Assembly (NCBI RefSeq): GCF_002854065.1
Contig: NZ_CP024147.1
DNA length: 64,000 nucleotides
Reading direction: 5' to 3' (one strand)
Origin: Escherichia coli
Lineage (GTDB): Bacteria; Pseudomonadota; Gammaproteobacteria; Enterobacterales; Enterobacteriaceae
Every line of letters starts with the position of its first letter. The stretch's first letter is position 1. The notes under the pieces are model-generated. The model saw only the letters and a list, made by a program, of their open reading frames with translations. It searched no databases and was not told the origin of the DNA. Position numbers and translations under genes: made by a program. Shown here in pieces: positions 46,826 through 58,261 of this stretch.

Positions 46826-49800
46826 GTGAAGTTTTTTGCCCTCTTCATTTACCGCCCGGTGGCGACGATTTTACTGTCGGTCGCCATTACCCTGTGCGGC
46901 ATACTGGGTTTCCGTATGCTGCCAGTGGCCCCGCTGCCGCAGGTCGATTTTCCGGTGATTATGGTCAGCGCCTCGCTGCCCGGTGCGTCGCCGGAGACAA
47001 TGGCATCTTCCGTTGCCACACCGCTGGAGCGCTCACTTGGGCGCATTGCCGGAGTCAGTGAAATGACCTCCAGCAGTTCGCTCGGCAGCACACGCATTAT
47101 TTTGCAGTTTGATTTTGACCGGGATATCAACGGCGCAGCGCGCGATGTGCAGGCGGCGATCAACGCCGCGCAAAGTTTGCTGCCCAGCGGGATGCCCAGC
47201 CGTCCGACCTATCGCAAAGCGAACCCGTCGGATGCGCCAATTATGATCCTCACGCTGACATCCGATACTTATTCGCAGGGTGAACTGTACGATTTCGCCT
47301 CGACGCAGCTAGCTCCGACGATTTCGCAAATCGACGGTGTTGGTGATGTCGATGTCGGCGGCAGCTCACTGCCCGCCGTACGCGTCGGGCTGAATCCGCA
47401 GGCGCTGTTTAATCAGGGCGTGTCGCTGGACGACGTACGCACCGCCATCAGCAATGCCAACGTGCGTAAACCGCAGGGCGCGCTGGAAGATGGCACTCAC
47501 CGCTGGCAGATCCAGACCAATGATGAGCTAAAAACCGCCGCTGAATATCAGCCGTTGATTATTCACTACAACAACGGCGGCGCGGTTCGTCTGGGCGATG
47601 TGGCGACGGTGACCGACTCAGTGCAGGATGTGCGCAACGCCGGGATGACCAACGCCAAACCGGCTATTTTACTGATGATCCGCAAACTGCCGGAAGCCAA
47701 TATTATCCAGACGGTTGACAGCATCCGGGCAAAATTACCGGAGTTGCAGGAAACCATTCCGGCGGCGATTGATCTGCAAATTGCCCAGGATCGCTCCCCC
47801 ACCATTCGCGCCTCGCTGGAAGAAGTCGAGCAAACGCTGATTATCTCGGTGGCGCTGGTGATTCTGGTGGTGTTTTTATTCCTGCGCTCGGGTCGCGCCA
47901 CTATTATTCCCGCCGTTTCGGTGCCGGTTTCGCTGATTGGTACGTTTGCGGCGATGTACCTGTGCGGATTCAGTCTCAATAACCTTTCGTTAATGGCGCT
48001 CACCATCGCTACTGGTTTCGTGGTGGATGACGCCATCGTGGTGCTGGAAAACATTGCACGTCATCTGGAAGCGGGAATGAAACCGTTGCAAGCCGCACTG
48101 CAAGGTACTCGCGAAGTCGGTTTTACGGTGCTGTCGATGAGTCTGTCACTGGTGGCGGTGTTCCTGCCGCTGCTGTTGATGGGCGGATTGCCGGGCCGAC
48201 TGTTACGCGAGTTTGCCGTGACGCTTTCTGTCGCCATTGGTATTTCGTTGCTGGTTTCTCTGACATTAACGCCAATGATGTGTGGCTGGATGCTGAAAGC
48301 CAGCAAGCCGCGCGAGCAAAAGCGACTGCGTGGTTTTGGTCGCATGTTGGTAGCCCTGCAACAAGGCTACGGCAAGTCACTGAAATGGGTGCTCAATCAT
48401 ACCCGTCTGGTGGGCGTGGTGCTGCTTGGCACCATTGCGCTGAATATCTGGCTGTATATCTCGATCCCGAAAACCTTCTTCCCGGAGCAGGACACTGGCG
48501 TGTTGATGGGCGGGATTCAGGCGGATCAGAGTATTTCGTTTCAGGCGATGCGCGGTAAATTGCAGGATTTCATGAAAATTATCCGTGACGATCCGGCAGT
48601 GGATAATGTCACCGGCTTTACAGGCGGTTCGCGAGTGAACAGCGGGATGATGTTTATCACCCTCAAGCCACGCGACGAACGCAGCGAAACGGCGCAGCAA
48701 ATTATCGACCGTCTGCGCGTAAAACTGGCGAAAGAACCGGGGGCGAATCTGTTCCTGATGGCGGTACAGGATATTCGCGTTGGTGGGCGTCAGTCGAACG
48801 CCAGCTACCAGTACACGTTGTTATCCGACGACCTGGCGGCACTGCGCGAATGGGAGCCGAAAATCCGCAAAAAACTGGCGACGTTGCCGGAACTGGCGGA
48901 CGTGAACTCCGATCAGCAGGATAACGGCGCGGAGATGAATCTGGTTTACGACCGCGACACCATGGCACGGCTGGGAATCGACGTACAAGCCGCCAACAGT
49001 CTGTTAAATAACGCCTTCGGTCAGCGGCAAATCTCGACCATTTACCAGCCGATGAACCAGTATAAAGTGGTGATGGAAGTGGATCCGCGCTATACCCAGG
49101 ACATCAGTGCGCTGGAAAAAATGTTCGTTATCAATAACGAAGGCAAAGCGATCCCGCTGTCGTATTTCGCTAAATGGCAACCGGCGAATGCCCCACTATC
49201 GGTGAATCATCAGGGATTATCGGCGGCCTCGACCATTTCGTTTAACCTGCCGACCGGAAAATCGCTCTCGGACGCCAGTGCGGCGATCGATCGCGCAATG
49301 ACCCAGCTTGGGGTGCCTTCGACGGTGCGCGGCAGTTTTGCCGGCACGGCGCAGGTGTTCCAGGAGACGATGAACTCGCAGGTGATCCTGATTATCGCCG
49401 CCATCGCCACGGTGTATATCGTGCTGGGTATCCTTTACGAGAGTTACGTACATCCGCTGACGATTCTCTCCACCCTGCCCTCGGCGGGCGTTGGAGCGCT
49501 GTTGGCGCTGGAGCTGTTCAATGCCCCGTTCAGCCTAATCGCCCTGATAGGGATCATGCTATTAATCGGCATCGTGAAGAAAAACGCCATTATGATGGTC
49601 GATTTTGCGCTTGAAGCCCAACGGCACGGTAACCTGACGCCGCAGGAAGCTATTTTCCAGGCCTGTCTGCTGCGTTTTCGCCCGATTATGATGACCACCC
49701 TGGCGGCGCTGTTTGGCGCGCTGCCGCTGGTATTGTCGGGCGGTGACGGCTCGGAGCTGCGGCAACCCCTGGGGATCACCATTGTCGGCGGTCTGGTGAT

Positions 49801-49903
49801 GAGCCAGCTCCTGACGCTGTATACCACGCCGGTGATGTATCTCTTTTTCGACCGTCTGCGGCTGCGTTTTTCGCGTAAACCTAAACAAACGGTAACCGAG
49901 TAA
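46826..49903 (+). CDS. mdtC: Multidrug efflux RND transporter permease MdtC
   Basis: 1025 aa RND pump immediately following mdtB. Confidence 0.95.
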   Translation: MKFFALFIYRPVATILLSVAITLCGILGFRMLPVAPLPQVDFPVIMVSASLPGASPETMASSVATPLERSLGRIAGVSEMTSSSSLGSTRIILQFDFDRDINGAARDVQAAINAAQSLLPSGMPSRPTYRKANPSDAPIMILTLTSDTYSQGELYDFASTQLAPTISQIDGVGDVDVGGSSLPAVRVGLNPQALFNQGVSLDDVRTAISNANVRKPQGALEDGTHRWQIQTNDELKTAAEYQPLIIHYNNGGAVRLGDVATVTDSVQDVRNAGMTNAKPAILLMIRKLPEANIIQTVDSIRAKLPELQETIPAAIDLQIAQDRSPTIRASLEEVEQTLIISVALVILVVFLFLRSGRATIIPAVSVPVSLIGTFAAMYLCGFSLNNLSLMALTIATGFVVDDAIVVLENIARHLEAGMKPLQAALQGTREVGFTVLSMSLSLVAVFLPLLLMGGLPGRLLREFAVTLSVAIGISLLVSLTLTPMMCGWMLKASKPREQKRLRGFGRMLVALQQGYGKSLKWVLNHTRLVGVVLLGTIALNIWLYISIPKTFFPEQDTGVLMGGIQADQSISFQAMRGKLQDFMKIIRDDPAVDNVTGFTGGSRVNSGMMFITLKPRDERSETAQQIIDRLRVKLAKEPGANLFLMAVQDIRVGGRQSNASYQYTLLSDDLAALREWEPKIRKKLATLPELADVNSDQQDNGAEMNLVYDRDTMARLGIDVQAANSLLNNAFGQRQISTIYQPMNQYKVVMEVDPRYTQDISALEKMFVINNEGKAIPLSYFAKWQPANAPLSVNHQGLSAASTISFNLPTGKSLSDASAAIDRAMTQLGVPSTVRGSFAGTAQVFQETMNSQVILIIAAIATVYIVLGILYESYVHPLTILSTLPSAGVGALLALELFNAPFSLIALIGIMLLIGIVKKNAIMMVDFALEAQRHGNLTPQEAIFQACLLRFRPIMMTTLAALFGALPLVLSGGDGSELRQPLGITIVGGLVMSQLLTLYTTPVMYLFFDRLRLRFSRKPKQTVTE

Positions 49904-51319
49904 ATGACAGATCTTCCCGACAGCACCCGCTGGCAATTATGGATTGTGGCTTTCGGCTTCTTTATGCAGTCGCTGGACACCACCATCGTAAACACCGCCC
50001 TTCCCTCAATGGCGCAAAGCCTCGGGGAAAGTCCGTTGCATATGCACATGGTCATTGTCTCTTATGTGCTGACCGTGGCGGTGATGCTGCCCGCCAGCGG
50101 CTGGCTGGCGGACAAAGTCGGCGTGCGCAATATTTTCTTTACCGCCATCGTGCTGTTTACTCTCGGTTCACTGTTTTGCGCGCTTTCCGGCACGCTGAAC
50201 GAACTGTTGCTGGCACGCGCGTTACAGGACGTTGGCGGCGCGATGATGGTGCCGGTCGGCAGGTTGACGGTGATGAAAATCGTACCGCGCGAGCAATATA
50301 TGGCGGCGATGACCTTTGTCACGTTACCCGGTCAGGTCGGTCCGCTGCTCGGTCCGGCGCTCGGCGGTCTGCTGGTAGAATACGCGTCGTGGCACTGGAT
50401 CTTTTTGATCAACATTCCGGTGGGGATTATCGGTGCGATCGCCACACTGATGTTAATGCCGAACTACACCATGCAGACGCGGCGCTTTGATCTCTCCGGA
50501 TTTTTATTGCTGGCGGTTGGCATGGCGGTATTAACCCTGGCGCTGGACGGCAGTAAAGGTACAGGTTTATCGCCGCTGACGATTGCAGGCCTGGTCGCAG
50601 TTGGCGTGGTGGCACTGGTGCTTTATCTGCTGCACGCCAGAAATAACCACCGCGCTCTTTTCAGTCTGAAACTGTTCCGCACTCGTACCTTTTCGCTGGG
50701 CCTGGCGGGGAGCTTTGCCGGACGTATTGGCAGTGGCATGTTGCCCTTTATGACACCGGTTTTCTTGCAAATTGGCCTCGGTTTCTCGCCTTTTCATGCC
50801 GGACTGATGATGATCCCGATGGTGCTCGGCAGCATGGGGATGAAGCGAATTGTGGTACAGGTGGTGAATCGCTTTGGCTATCGTCGGGTACTGGTGGCAA
50901 CCACGCTTGGCCTGTCGCTGGTCACCCTTTTGTTTATGACCACCGCTCTGCTGGGCTGGTACTACGTTTTGCCGTTCGTCCTGTTTTTACAAGGGATGGT
51001 CAACTCGACGCGTTTCTCCTCCATGAACACCCTGACGCTGAAAGATCTCCCGGACAACCTGGCGAGCAGCGGCAACAGTCTGCTGTCGATGATTATGCAA
51101 TTGTCGATGAGTATCGGCGTCACTATCGCCGGGCTGTTGCTGGGACTTTTTGGTTCGCAACATGTCAGCGTCGACAGCGGCACCACACAAACCGTCTTTA
51201 TGTACACCTGGCTTAGCATGGCGTTTATCATCGCCCTTCCGGCGTTCATCTTTGCCAGAGTGCCAAACGATACGCATCAAAACGTGGCTATTTCGCGGCG
51301 AAAAAGGAGCGCGCAATGA
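49904..51319 (+). CDS. mdtD: MFS-type efflux transporter MdtD
   Basis: 471 aa, 14-TMS-type major facilitator; directly follows mdtC. Confidence 0.93.
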   Translation: MTDLPDSTRWQLWIVAFGFFMQSLDTTIVNTALPSMAQSLGESPLHMHMVIVSYVLTVAVMLPASGWLADKVGVRNIFFTAIVLFTLGSLFCALSGTLNELLLARALQDVGGAMMVPVGRLTVMKIVPREQYMAAMTFVTLPGQVGPLLGPALGGLLVEYASWHWIFLINIPVGIIGAIATLMLMPNYTMQTRRFDLSGFLLLAVGMAVLTLALDGSKGTGLSPLTIAGLVAVGVVALVLYLLHARNNHRALFSLKLFRTRTFSLGLAGSFAGRIGSGMLPFMTPVFLQIGLGFSPFHAGLMMIPMVLGSMGMKRIVVQVVNRFGYRRVLVATTLGLSLVTLLFMTTALLGWYYVLPFVLFLQGMVNSTRFSSMNTLTLKDLPDNLASSGNSLLSMIMQLSMSIGVTIAGLLLGLFGSQHVSVDSGTTQTVFMYTWLSMAFIIALPAFIFARVPNDTHQNVAISRRKRSAQ

Positions 51320-52719
51320 AGTTCTGGCGGCCCGGTATTACCGGCAAACTGTTTCTGGCGATTTTCGCCACCTGCATTGTCTTGCTGATCAGTATGCACT
51401 GGGCGGTGCGTATCAGTTTTGAGCGCGGCTTTATTGATTACATCAAGCATGGCAATGAGCAGCGGCTGCAAATGCTCGGCGATGCCCTGGGCGAGCAGTA
51501 TGCGCAGCACGGTAACTGGCAATTTCTGCGCAATAACGACCGCTTTGTGTTTCAGATCCTGCGCTCGTTCGAACGCGACAACCCGGAAGACCGAACTGGT
51601 CCCGGTATGCCGCCGCACGGCTGGCGCACGCAATTCTGGGTAATCGATCAAAATAACACCGTGCTGGTTGGCCCGCGCGCGCCCATTCCGCCGGACGGTT
51701 CGCGACGACCCATACTGGTCAATGGTGTTGAAGTTGGCGCGGTGATCGCCTCACCCGTTGAGCGACTGACCCGCAATACTGATATCAATTTCGATAAGCA
51801 ACAGCGGCAAACCAGCTGGCTGATTGTCGCCCTGGCAACGTTACTCGCGGCGCTCGCCACCTTTCTGCTGGCGCGCGGTTTGCTGGCTCCGGTCAAACGG
51901 CTGGTGGACGGCACGCACAAACTGGCAGCGGGCGATTTCACTACCCGCGTGACGCCCACCAGCGAAGACGAACTGGGGAAACTGGCGCAAGACTTCAACC
52001 AGCTTGCCAGCACGCTGGAGAAAAACCAGCAAATGCGCCGCGATTTTATGGCTGATATCTCTCACGAACTGCGTACGCCATTAGCGGTGCTGCGCGGTGA
52101 ACTGGAAGCCATTCAGGATGGCGTGCGTAAATTCACGCCGGAGACGGTGGCGTCTTTACAGGCGGAGGTCGGTACACTGACCAAACTGGTTGACGATCTC
52201 CATCAGTTGTCGATGTCTGATGAAGGCGCTCTCGCCTATCAAAAAGCACCGGTAGATTTGATCCCACTGCTGGAAGTGGCGGGCGGCGCATTTCGCGAAC
52301 GATTCGCCAGTCGTGGCCTGAAACTGCAATTTTCCCTGCCAGACAGTATTACCGTATTTGGCGATCGCGACCGTTTAATGCAGTTATTCAATAACTTACT
52401 GGAAAACAGCCTGCGCTACACTGACAGCGGCGGCAGCCTGCAAATCTCTGCCGGGCAGCGCGACAAAACGGTGCGCCTGACCTTTGCCGACAGTGCGCCA
52501 GGTGTCAGTGACGATCAGCTACAAAAATTGTTTGAACGTTTTTATCGCACCGAAGGTTCCCGCAACCGTGCCAGCGGCGGTTCCGGGCTGGGGCTGGCGA
52601 TTTGCCTGAACATTGTTGAAGCACATAATGGTCGCATTATTGCTGCCCATTCGCCTTTTGGCGGGGTAAGCATTACAGTAGAGTTACCGCTGGAACGGGA
52701 TTTACAGAGAGAAGTATGA
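51316..52719 (+). CDS. baeS: Envelope-stress sensor histidine kinase BaeS
   Basis: 467 aa; HAMP domain, H-box [14 protein letters not shown] and ATPase domain; 4 bp overlap with mdtD. Confidence 0.95.
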   Translation: MKFWRPGITGKLFLAIFATCIVLLISMHWAVRISFERGFIDYIKHGNEQRLQMLGDALGEQYAQHGNWQFLRNNDRFVFQILRSFERDNPEDRTGPGMPPHGWRTQFWVIDQNNTVLVGPRAPIPPDGSRRPILVNGVEVGAVIASPVERLTRNTDINFDKQQRQTSWLIVALATLLAALATFLLARGLLAPVKRLVDGTHKLAAGDFTTRVTPTSEDELGKLAQDFNQLASTLEKNQQMRRDFMADISHELRTPLAVLRGELEAIQDGVRKFTPETVASLQAEVGTLTKLVDDLHQLSMSDEGALAYQKAPVDLIPLLEVAGGAFRERFASRGLKLQFSLPDSITVFGDRDRLMQLFNNLLENSLRYTDSGGSLQISAGQRDKTVRLTFADSAPGVSDDQLQKLFERFYRTEGSRNRASGGSGLGLAICLNIVEAHNGRIIAAHSPFGGVSITVELPLERDLQREV

Positions 52720-53438
52720 CCGAGTTACCAATCGACGAAAACACACCGCGTATTTTGATCGTGGAAGATGAACCGAAGCTGGGGCAGTTGCTCATTGATT
52801 ATCTACGTGCTGCGAGCTATGCGCCGACGCTTATCAGCCACGGCGATCAGGTACTGCCGTATGTGCGCCAGACACCACCGGATCTGATCCTGTTAGATCT
52901 GATGCTCCCTGGCACCGATGGCCTGACGCTGTGCCGGGAAATTCGTCGTTTTTCTGACATTCCGATCGTGATGGTGACGGCAAAAATCGAAGAGATCGAT
53001 CGCCTGCTGGGGCTGGAGATTGGCGCAGATGATTATATCTGTAAGCCGTACAGCCCACGGGAAGTGGTAGCGCGCGTCAAAACCATTTTGCGCCGTTGCA
53101 AACCGCAGCGCGAGTTGCAGCAACAGGATGCTGAAAGCCCGTTGATTATCGACGAAGGTCGTTTTCAGGCTTCATGGCGCGGTAAAATGCTTGACCTGAC
53201 GCCTGCGGAATTTCGTCTGCTGAAAACGCTCTCTCATGAACCAGGAAAAGTGTTCTCCCGCGAGCATTTGCTCAATCATCTTTATGACGACTACCGCGTA
53301 GTAACCGACCGCACCATCGACAGCCACATTAAAAACCTGCGCCGCAAGCTGGAATCTCTCGACGCCGAACAGTCATTTATCCGCGCCGTTTACGGCGTCG
53401 GTTACCGCTGGGAAGCCGACGCCTGCCGCATCGTTTAG
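52716..53438 (+). CDS. baeR: Response regulator BaeR (OmpR family)
   Basis: 240 aa; receiver domain ([10 protein letters not shown]...[11 protein letters not shown]) and winged-helix output domain. Confidence 0.95.
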   Translation: MTELPIDENTPRILIVEDEPKLGQLLIDYLRAASYAPTLISHGDQVLPYVRQTPPDLILLDLMLPGTDGLTLCREIRRFSDIPIVMVTAKIEEIDRLLGLEIGADDYICKPYSPREVVARVKTILRRCKPQRELQQQDAESPLIIDEGRFQASWRGKMLDLTPAEFRLLKTLSHEPGKVFSREHLLNHLYDDYRVVTDRTIDSHIKNLRRKLESLDAEQSFIRAVYGVGYRWEADACRIV

Positions 53439-53628
53439 TTTTAGCGACATTATTTTGTTAGCCGGAGATGGCGTTCAGACCCGATCCGGCAACATTATCC
53501 CACGCATGGTCAGCAAACTGACATTATCTCTCCGCCCTGGCAGGCATCAGAAAATCGCTCATACTTTAATCGGTAAACAGCACCTTTAGATGCTGTTTTC
53601 GATACACAATTTCAATCAAGGAGTCATT

Positions 53629-53961
53629 ATGGCTGGTTGGTTTGAACTCAGTAAGAGCAGTGATAATCAGTTCCGGTTTGTGCTAAAAGCGGGCAATGGT
53701 GAGACTATCCTCACCAGCGAGCTGTATACCTCAAAAGCCTCTGCGGAAAAGGGCATCGCGTCGGTGCGTAGCAACAGCCCGCAAGAAGAACGCTATGAGA
53801 AAAAAACGGCAAGTAACGGCAAATTCTATTTCAATCTGAAAGCCGCTAATCATCAAATTATCGGCTCCAGCCAGATGTACGCCACCGCACAATCTCGTGA
53901 AACCGGAATTGCCTCCGTTAAAGCCAATGGCACAAGCCAGACGGTGAAAGACAATACGTAA
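53629..53961 (+). CDS. yegP: YegP (UPF0339/DUF1508 tandem-repeat small protein)
   Basis: Probable start MAGWFELSK with AAGGAG Shine-Dalgarno at 53617-53622; two internal repeats (FRFVLKAGNGETILTSELYTSK and FYFNLKAANHQIIGSSQMYATAQS). Confidence 0.85.
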   Translation: MAGWFELSKSSDNQFRFVLKAGNGETILTSELYTSKASAEKGIASVRSNSPQEERYEKKTASNGKFYFNLKAANHQIIGSSQMYATAQSRETGIASVKANGTSQTVKDNT

Positions 53962-54214
53962 TTACGATGCCGGGCGTGGGTTGTTGGCGTCCGGCTTTAT
54001 ATCCAAATAACGCTTAGTTATTGATAATTAAGAGTAACTGCCGCCATTAAAATAGTGGGCACTGACGAGCACTCGTTGTGCTTTCTTTGTTTACCATCCC
54101 ATACTTATCCTCCTGAACATGTTCATGTGCCAAAATATCTTCTAATACTTTCGTGACGCTATCCGGTTTATGACATACACTGATGTAAGATTTTTACTTA
54201 CAGGCGGGCGTAAA

Positions 54215-54466
54215 ATGGCCAGAACGATGACGGTTGATCTCGGCGATGAGTTGCGTGAATTTATCGAGTCCTTAATTGAATCCGGCGACTATCGCACCCA
54301 AAGCGAAGTGATCCGTGAGTCACTGCGATTACTTCGAGAAAAGCAAGCAGAGTCTCGCCTGCAAGCGTTACGTGACATGCTCGCAGAAGGGTTGAGTAGT
54401 GGTGAAGCTCAGCCGTGGGAAAAGGACGCGTTCTTACAGAAGGTGAAAGCAGGGATAAGGAAATAA
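54215..54466 (+). CDS. parD: ParD-like ribbon-helix-helix antitoxin (type II toxin-antitoxin)
   Basis: MARTMTVDLGDELREFIESLIESGDYRTQSEVIRESLRLLRE matches the ParD (COG3609) pattern; stop is 1 nt before the toxin start. Confidence 0.8.
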   Translation: MARTMTVDLGDELREFIESLIESGDYRTQSEVIRESLRLLREKQAESRLQALRDMLAEGLSSGEAQPWEKDAFLQKVKAGIRK

Positions 54467-54467
54467 T

Positions 54468-54764
54468 GTGCGTATTATTAAACTCATGCCAAAAGCCAAT
54501 GAGGATTTAGAAGGCATCTGGTATTACAGCTATCACCATTTCGGCGAACCACAAGCCGACAGATATGTGGAACATCTTTCAGACGTTCTCCAGATTCTGA
54601 GTAACAATAATATAGGTACGCCCAGACCTGAATTAGGCGAAGGTATTTTTGTTCTTCCTTTTGAACGCCACGTCATTTATTTCCTGCAATCACCAGGGGA
54701 AATTATCGTCATTCGTATCCTTAACCAAAACCAGGACGCCACCAGACATTTACACTGGAGCTAA
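54468..54764 (+). CDS. parE: ParE/RelE-superfamily toxin (type II toxin-antitoxin)
   Basis: 98 aa from a GTG start (an ATG at 54486 is an alternative); C-terminal HVIYFLQSPGEIIVIRILNQNQD fits the ParE fold; lower GC than neighbouring core genes. Confidence 0.8.
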   Translation: MRIIKLMPKANEDLEGIWYYSYHHFGEPQADRYVEHLSDVLQILSNNNIGTPRPELGEGIFVLPFERHVIYFLQSPGEIIVIRILNQNQDATRHLHWS

Positions 54765-54866
54765 ACCCGCCGATTGCGCTACAATGCCCGCCCTTAAAGT
54801 GGGGGCACTCCCCTAACCGCTTCATCAGGTGAAGCGGATCTGACCTGTCATCAGAACGAGAGAATT

Positions 54867-56228
54867 ATGTTTAAACCGGAACTCCTTTCCCCGGCGGGAA
54901 CGCTGAAAAATATGCGTTACGCTTTCGCTTATGGCGCAGATGCTGTTTATGCGGGCCAGCCGCGTTATTCCCTGCGTGTGCGCAACAACGAATTCAACCA
55001 CGAAAATCTTCAGCTCGGCATCAATGAAGCCCACGCGCTGGGGAAAAAGTTTTATGTCGTGGTCAACATTGCACCGCACAACGCCAAGCTGAAAACCTTT
55101 ATCCGTGACCTGAAACCGGTGGTGGAAATGGGGCCGGATGCGCTGATTATGTCCGATCCAGGGCTGATTATGCTGGTGCGTGAGCACTTCCCTGAAATGC
55201 CGATCCACCTCTCGGTGCAGGCTAACGCCGTAAACTGGGCGACGGTGAAATTCTGGCAGCAAATGGGCCTGACCCGCGTGATCCTCTCTCGCGAGCTGTC
55301 GCTGGAAGAGATTGAAGAGATCCGCAATCAGGTGCCGGATATGGAGATCGAGATCTTCGTTCACGGCGCACTGTGCATGGCCTACTCCGGTCGCTGCCTG
55401 CTCTCTGGCTATATCAACAAGCGCGACCCGAACCAGGGTACCTGCACCAACGCCTGCCGCTGGGAGTACAACGTCCAGGAAGGGAAAGAAGATGACGTTG
55501 GCAACATCGTACACAAGTACGAGCCGATTCCGGTGCAAAATGTTGAGCCGACGCTGGGTATCGGCGCACCAACCGACAAAGTGTTTATGATCGAAGAAGC
55601 CCAGCGTCCGGGCGAGTATATGACCGCGTTTGAAGATGAGCACGGCACTTACATCATGAACTCGAAAGATCTGCGCGCCATCGCCCATGTTGAACGCCTG
55701 ACCAAAATGGGCGTGCATTCGCTGAAAATCGAAGGTCGTACCAAATCTTTCTACTATTGTGCACGCACCGCACAGGTTTACCGCAAAGCTATCGATGACG
55801 CCGCTGCGGGAAAACCGTTCGATACCAGCCTGCTGGAAACTCTGGAAGGTCTGGCGCATCGTGGCTATACCGAAGGTTTCCTGCGTCGTCATACTCACGA
55901 CGATTATCAGAACTACGAATACGGTTATTCAGTTTCTGACCGCCAGCAGTTTGTTGGTGAGTTTACCGGTGAGCGCAAGGGGGACCTCGCGGCGGTAGCG
56001 GTGAAAAATAAATTCTCCGTTGGCGACAGCCTTGAGCTGATGACGCCGCAAGGCAACATTAACTTTACCCTTGAGCACATGGAAAACGCCAAAGGTGAAG
56101 CGATGCCGGTCGCACCAGGCGATGGTTATACTGTGTGGCTCCCGGTCCCGCAGGATCTTGAGCTAAATTACGCTCTCCTGATGCGTAATTTCTCTGGGGA
56201 AACCACGCGTAACCCACACGGTAAGTGA
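54867..56228 (+). CDS. yegQ: Peptidase U32-family protein YegQ
   Basis: 453 aa; MFKPELLSPAGTLKNMRYAFAYGADAVYAGQPRYSLR N-terminus typical of U32 collagenase-like proteins. Confidence 0.93.
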   Translation: MFKPELLSPAGTLKNMRYAFAYGADAVYAGQPRYSLRVRNNEFNHENLQLGINEAHALGKKFYVVVNIAPHNAKLKTFIRDLKPVVEMGPDALIMSDPGLIMLVREHFPEMPIHLSVQANAVNWATVKFWQQMGLTRVILSRELSLEEIEEIRNQVPDMEIEIFVHGALCMAYSGRCLLSGYINKRDPNQGTCTNACRWEYNVQEGKEDDVGNIVHKYEPIPVQNVEPTLGIGAPTDKVFMIEEAQRPGEYMTAFEDEHGTYIMNSKDLRAIAHVERLTKMGVHSLKIEGRTKSFYYCARTAQVYRKAIDDAAAGKPFDTSLLETLEGLAHRGYTEGFLRRHTHDDYQNYEYGYSVSDRQQFVGEFTGERKGDLAAVAVKNKFSVGDSLELMTPQGNINFTLEHMENAKGEAMPVAPGDGYTVWLPVPQDLELNYALLMRNFSGETTRNPHGK

Positions 56229-56263
56229 TTAATATCGATTATTTTTCCCGGATGGAAAATTCT

Positions 56264-56279
56264 TAGAAACCGATCACAT
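56264..56279 (+). promoter_or_regulatory. Class II CRP site and promoter of cyaR
   Basis: TTAGAaaccgaTCACA is an imperfect TGTGA-N6-TCACA site centred about 41.5 bp upstream of the cyaR 5' end; -10-like TATCAT at 56300-56305. Confidence 0.5.
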
Positions 56280-56312
56280 ACAGCTGCATTTATTAAGGTT
56301 ATCATCCGTTTC

Positions 56313-56399
56313 GCTGAAAAACATAACCCATAAAATGCTAGCTGTACCAGGAACCACCTCCTTAGCCTGTGTAATCTCCCTTACACGGGCTTATTTTTT
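56313..56399 (+). ncRNA. cyaR: CyaR (RyeE) Hfq-dependent small RNA
   Basis: GCTGAAAAACATAACCCATAAAATGCTAGCTGTACCAGGAACCACCTCCTTAGCCTGTGTAATCTCCCTTACACGGGCTTATTTTTT matches CyaR as I recall it, including the terminator hairpin (GCCTGTGTAA...TTACACGGGC) and U-tail. Confidence 0.85.
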
Positions 56400-56557
56400 A
56401 TGCATAAGCCCTATCCCTGGTCACCGTCTTCCATTGACCACATCGATAGAATCTCCCTTCATAGCACGATGCCTTTCACGTAACGGCATCGTGCTCGCAC
56501 AGGTTCCGGCTAAGCACAACCAGAACGCGCATGTTTGATGCTTACCAAAAAATATTC

Positions 56558-56875
56558 TCACTCTCCACATTTGAATGTCAGACGAGCGACGCCATGTAAT
56601 CCTGCACCTTCTGTCTTCAGGTCAACTATCTGCATTTTTTTGCCCTGAGTAACACAGAAATGGGCTGCATCATTTTTTACTATATTTTCTGCACCAGATA
56701 TTCTGCCCCTGGCTAAAGAAGCTTCGGCTTCGGTGTAGTATTGGTTATCGAGTTTACGCTGAATATTACTTTTATATGCAAGACCAAATTTACCGATACT
56801 TGTTTCATCATTATGCACAGCACAACCAGATATAAGAAAAATACTAATTAATGATATAGCAGCTATCTTTTTCAT
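56558..56875 (-). CDS. yegR: Small lipoprotein (YegR-like)
   Basis: Probable start MKKIAAISLISIFLISGC (signal peptide with lipobox); about 105 aa; name assigned from position between yegQ/cyaR and yegS. Confidence 0.7.
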   Translation of the reverse strand: MKKIAAISLISIFLISGCAVHNDETSIGKFGLAYKSNIQRKLDNQYYTEAEASLARGRISGAENIVKNDAAHFCVTQGKKMQIVDLKTEGAGLHGVARLTFKCGE

Positions 56876-57280
56876 CTCACCTTCCCCCATTAAATACCAA
56901 CGACACTCTCTAGTGTTTAAATATAATAATGGCATGATTATTATAATTGAATAGGATTATAATAAATGTTCTGTACAACATTTCCTACATAAGTAGGAAT
57001 TACGGACATTGAGGCCCTTCAGGGTAACTCCATGGGGGCTTTAATATATTATATTGAAGATGCCACTGTTTAGTTGAATATTAGGTATATGCTCTTTTTT
57101 GAAATTTATCGGTGGCAGCCGTTAGTATTCGCTGTCCCCATTGCAAGCTCCTGGTGGTAACCACTGAATCTTCCATACTTGAACTGACTTTTTATCCTCC
57201 GACTTTCATCCTGTTCTGACTCCACCTTTTGTTTTCTGCTCTACACTATCTACAGACCAATCATAAAGGCACATACGATC

Positions 57281-58180
57281 ATGGCAGAATTTCCCGCCAG
57301 CTTACTGATTCTTAATGGCAAAAGTACTGACAATCTACCCTTGCGCGAAGCAATTATGCTGTTGCGTGAGGAAGGAATGACGATCCATGTGCGGGTCACC
57401 TGGGAGAAAGGCGATGCCGCACGATATGTAGAGGAGGCCCGGAAGTTGGGTGTCGCAACGGTGATTGCCGGTGGTGGCGATGGCACCATTAATGAAGTTT
57501 CTACGGCGTTGATTCAGTGTGAGGGGGATGGCATACCCGCGCTGGGAATTTTGCCATTAGGAACCGCCAATGATTTTGCCACCAGTGTAGGGATTCCTGA
57601 GGCACTGGATAAGGCGCTGAAACTGGCAATTGCCGGTAACGCCATTGCGATAGATATGGCGCAGGTCAACAAACAAACCTGTTTTATTAATATGGCGACA
57701 GGCGGATTTGGGACGCGTATTACCACAGAAACGCCGGAAAAATTAAAAGCCGCGCTGGGTGGCGTCTCTTACATCATTCATGGCTTAATGCGCATGGATA
57801 CTCTGCAACCGGACCGTTGTGAAATCCGCGGTGAAAACTTTCACTGGCAAGGTGACGCCCTGGTCATTGGTATTGGTAACGGGCGTCAGGCCGGTGGCGG
57901 TCAGCAATTGTGTCCGAACGCATTAATTAACGATGGCTTGCTGCAACTGCGCATTTTTACCGGCGATGAAATTCTTCCGGCTCTCGTATCAACCTTAAAA
58001 TCTGACGAAGATAACCCGAATATTATCGAAGGCGCTTCGTCGTGGTTTGATATACAAGCCCCACACGAAATCACTTTTAATCTTGATGGCGAACCGTTGA
58101 GCGGACAAAACTTTCATATTGAAATACTTCCGGCGGCGTTGCGTTGTCGATTACCACCAGATTGTCCATTATTGCGTTAA
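57281..58180 (+). CDS. yegS: Lipid kinase YegS (diacylglycerol-kinase-like catalytic domain)
   Basis: 299 aa; GGDGT motif ([13 protein letters not shown]) of the DAGK_cat family. Confidence 0.93.
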   Translation: MAEFPASLLILNGKSTDNLPLREAIMLLREEGMTIHVRVTWEKGDAARYVEEARKLGVATVIAGGGDGTINEVSTALIQCEGDGIPALGILPLGTANDFATSVGIPEALDKALKLAIAGNAIAIDMAQVNKQTCFINMATGGFGTRITTETPEKLKAALGGVSYIIHGLMRMDTLQPDRCEIRGENFHWQGDALVIGIGNGRQAGGGQQLCPNALINDGLLQLRIFTGDEILPALVSTLKSDEDNPNIIEGASSWFDIQAPHEITFNLDGEPLSGQNFHIEILPAALRCRLPPDCPLLR

Positions 58181-58217
58181 TCAAACTATTCTCTCTTGAA
58201 CCAGGGAGAATCCGAAA

Positions 58218-58253
58218 TGCCGGATGCGGTGTAAATACCTTATCCGGCATACA
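58218..58253. repeat. REP (repetitive extragenic palindrome) between convergent yegS and gatR
   Basis: TGCCGGATGCGGTGTAAATACCTTATCCGGCATAC, the canonical enterobacterial REP unit. Confidence 0.75.
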
Positions 58254-58261
58254 GAACAATA

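Noticed and set aside
53439-54214. Prophage or integrative element between baeR and yegQ
   Set aside because: Apart from the two-gene parDE-like module there are no integrase, recombinase, phage structural genes or flanking direct repeats; the insert is too small to be more than a toxin-antitoxin cassette.
56335-56538. 67-aa ORF overlapping cyaR
   Set aside because: Overlaps a well-defined sRNA and its terminator; no ribosome-binding site; judged non-coding.
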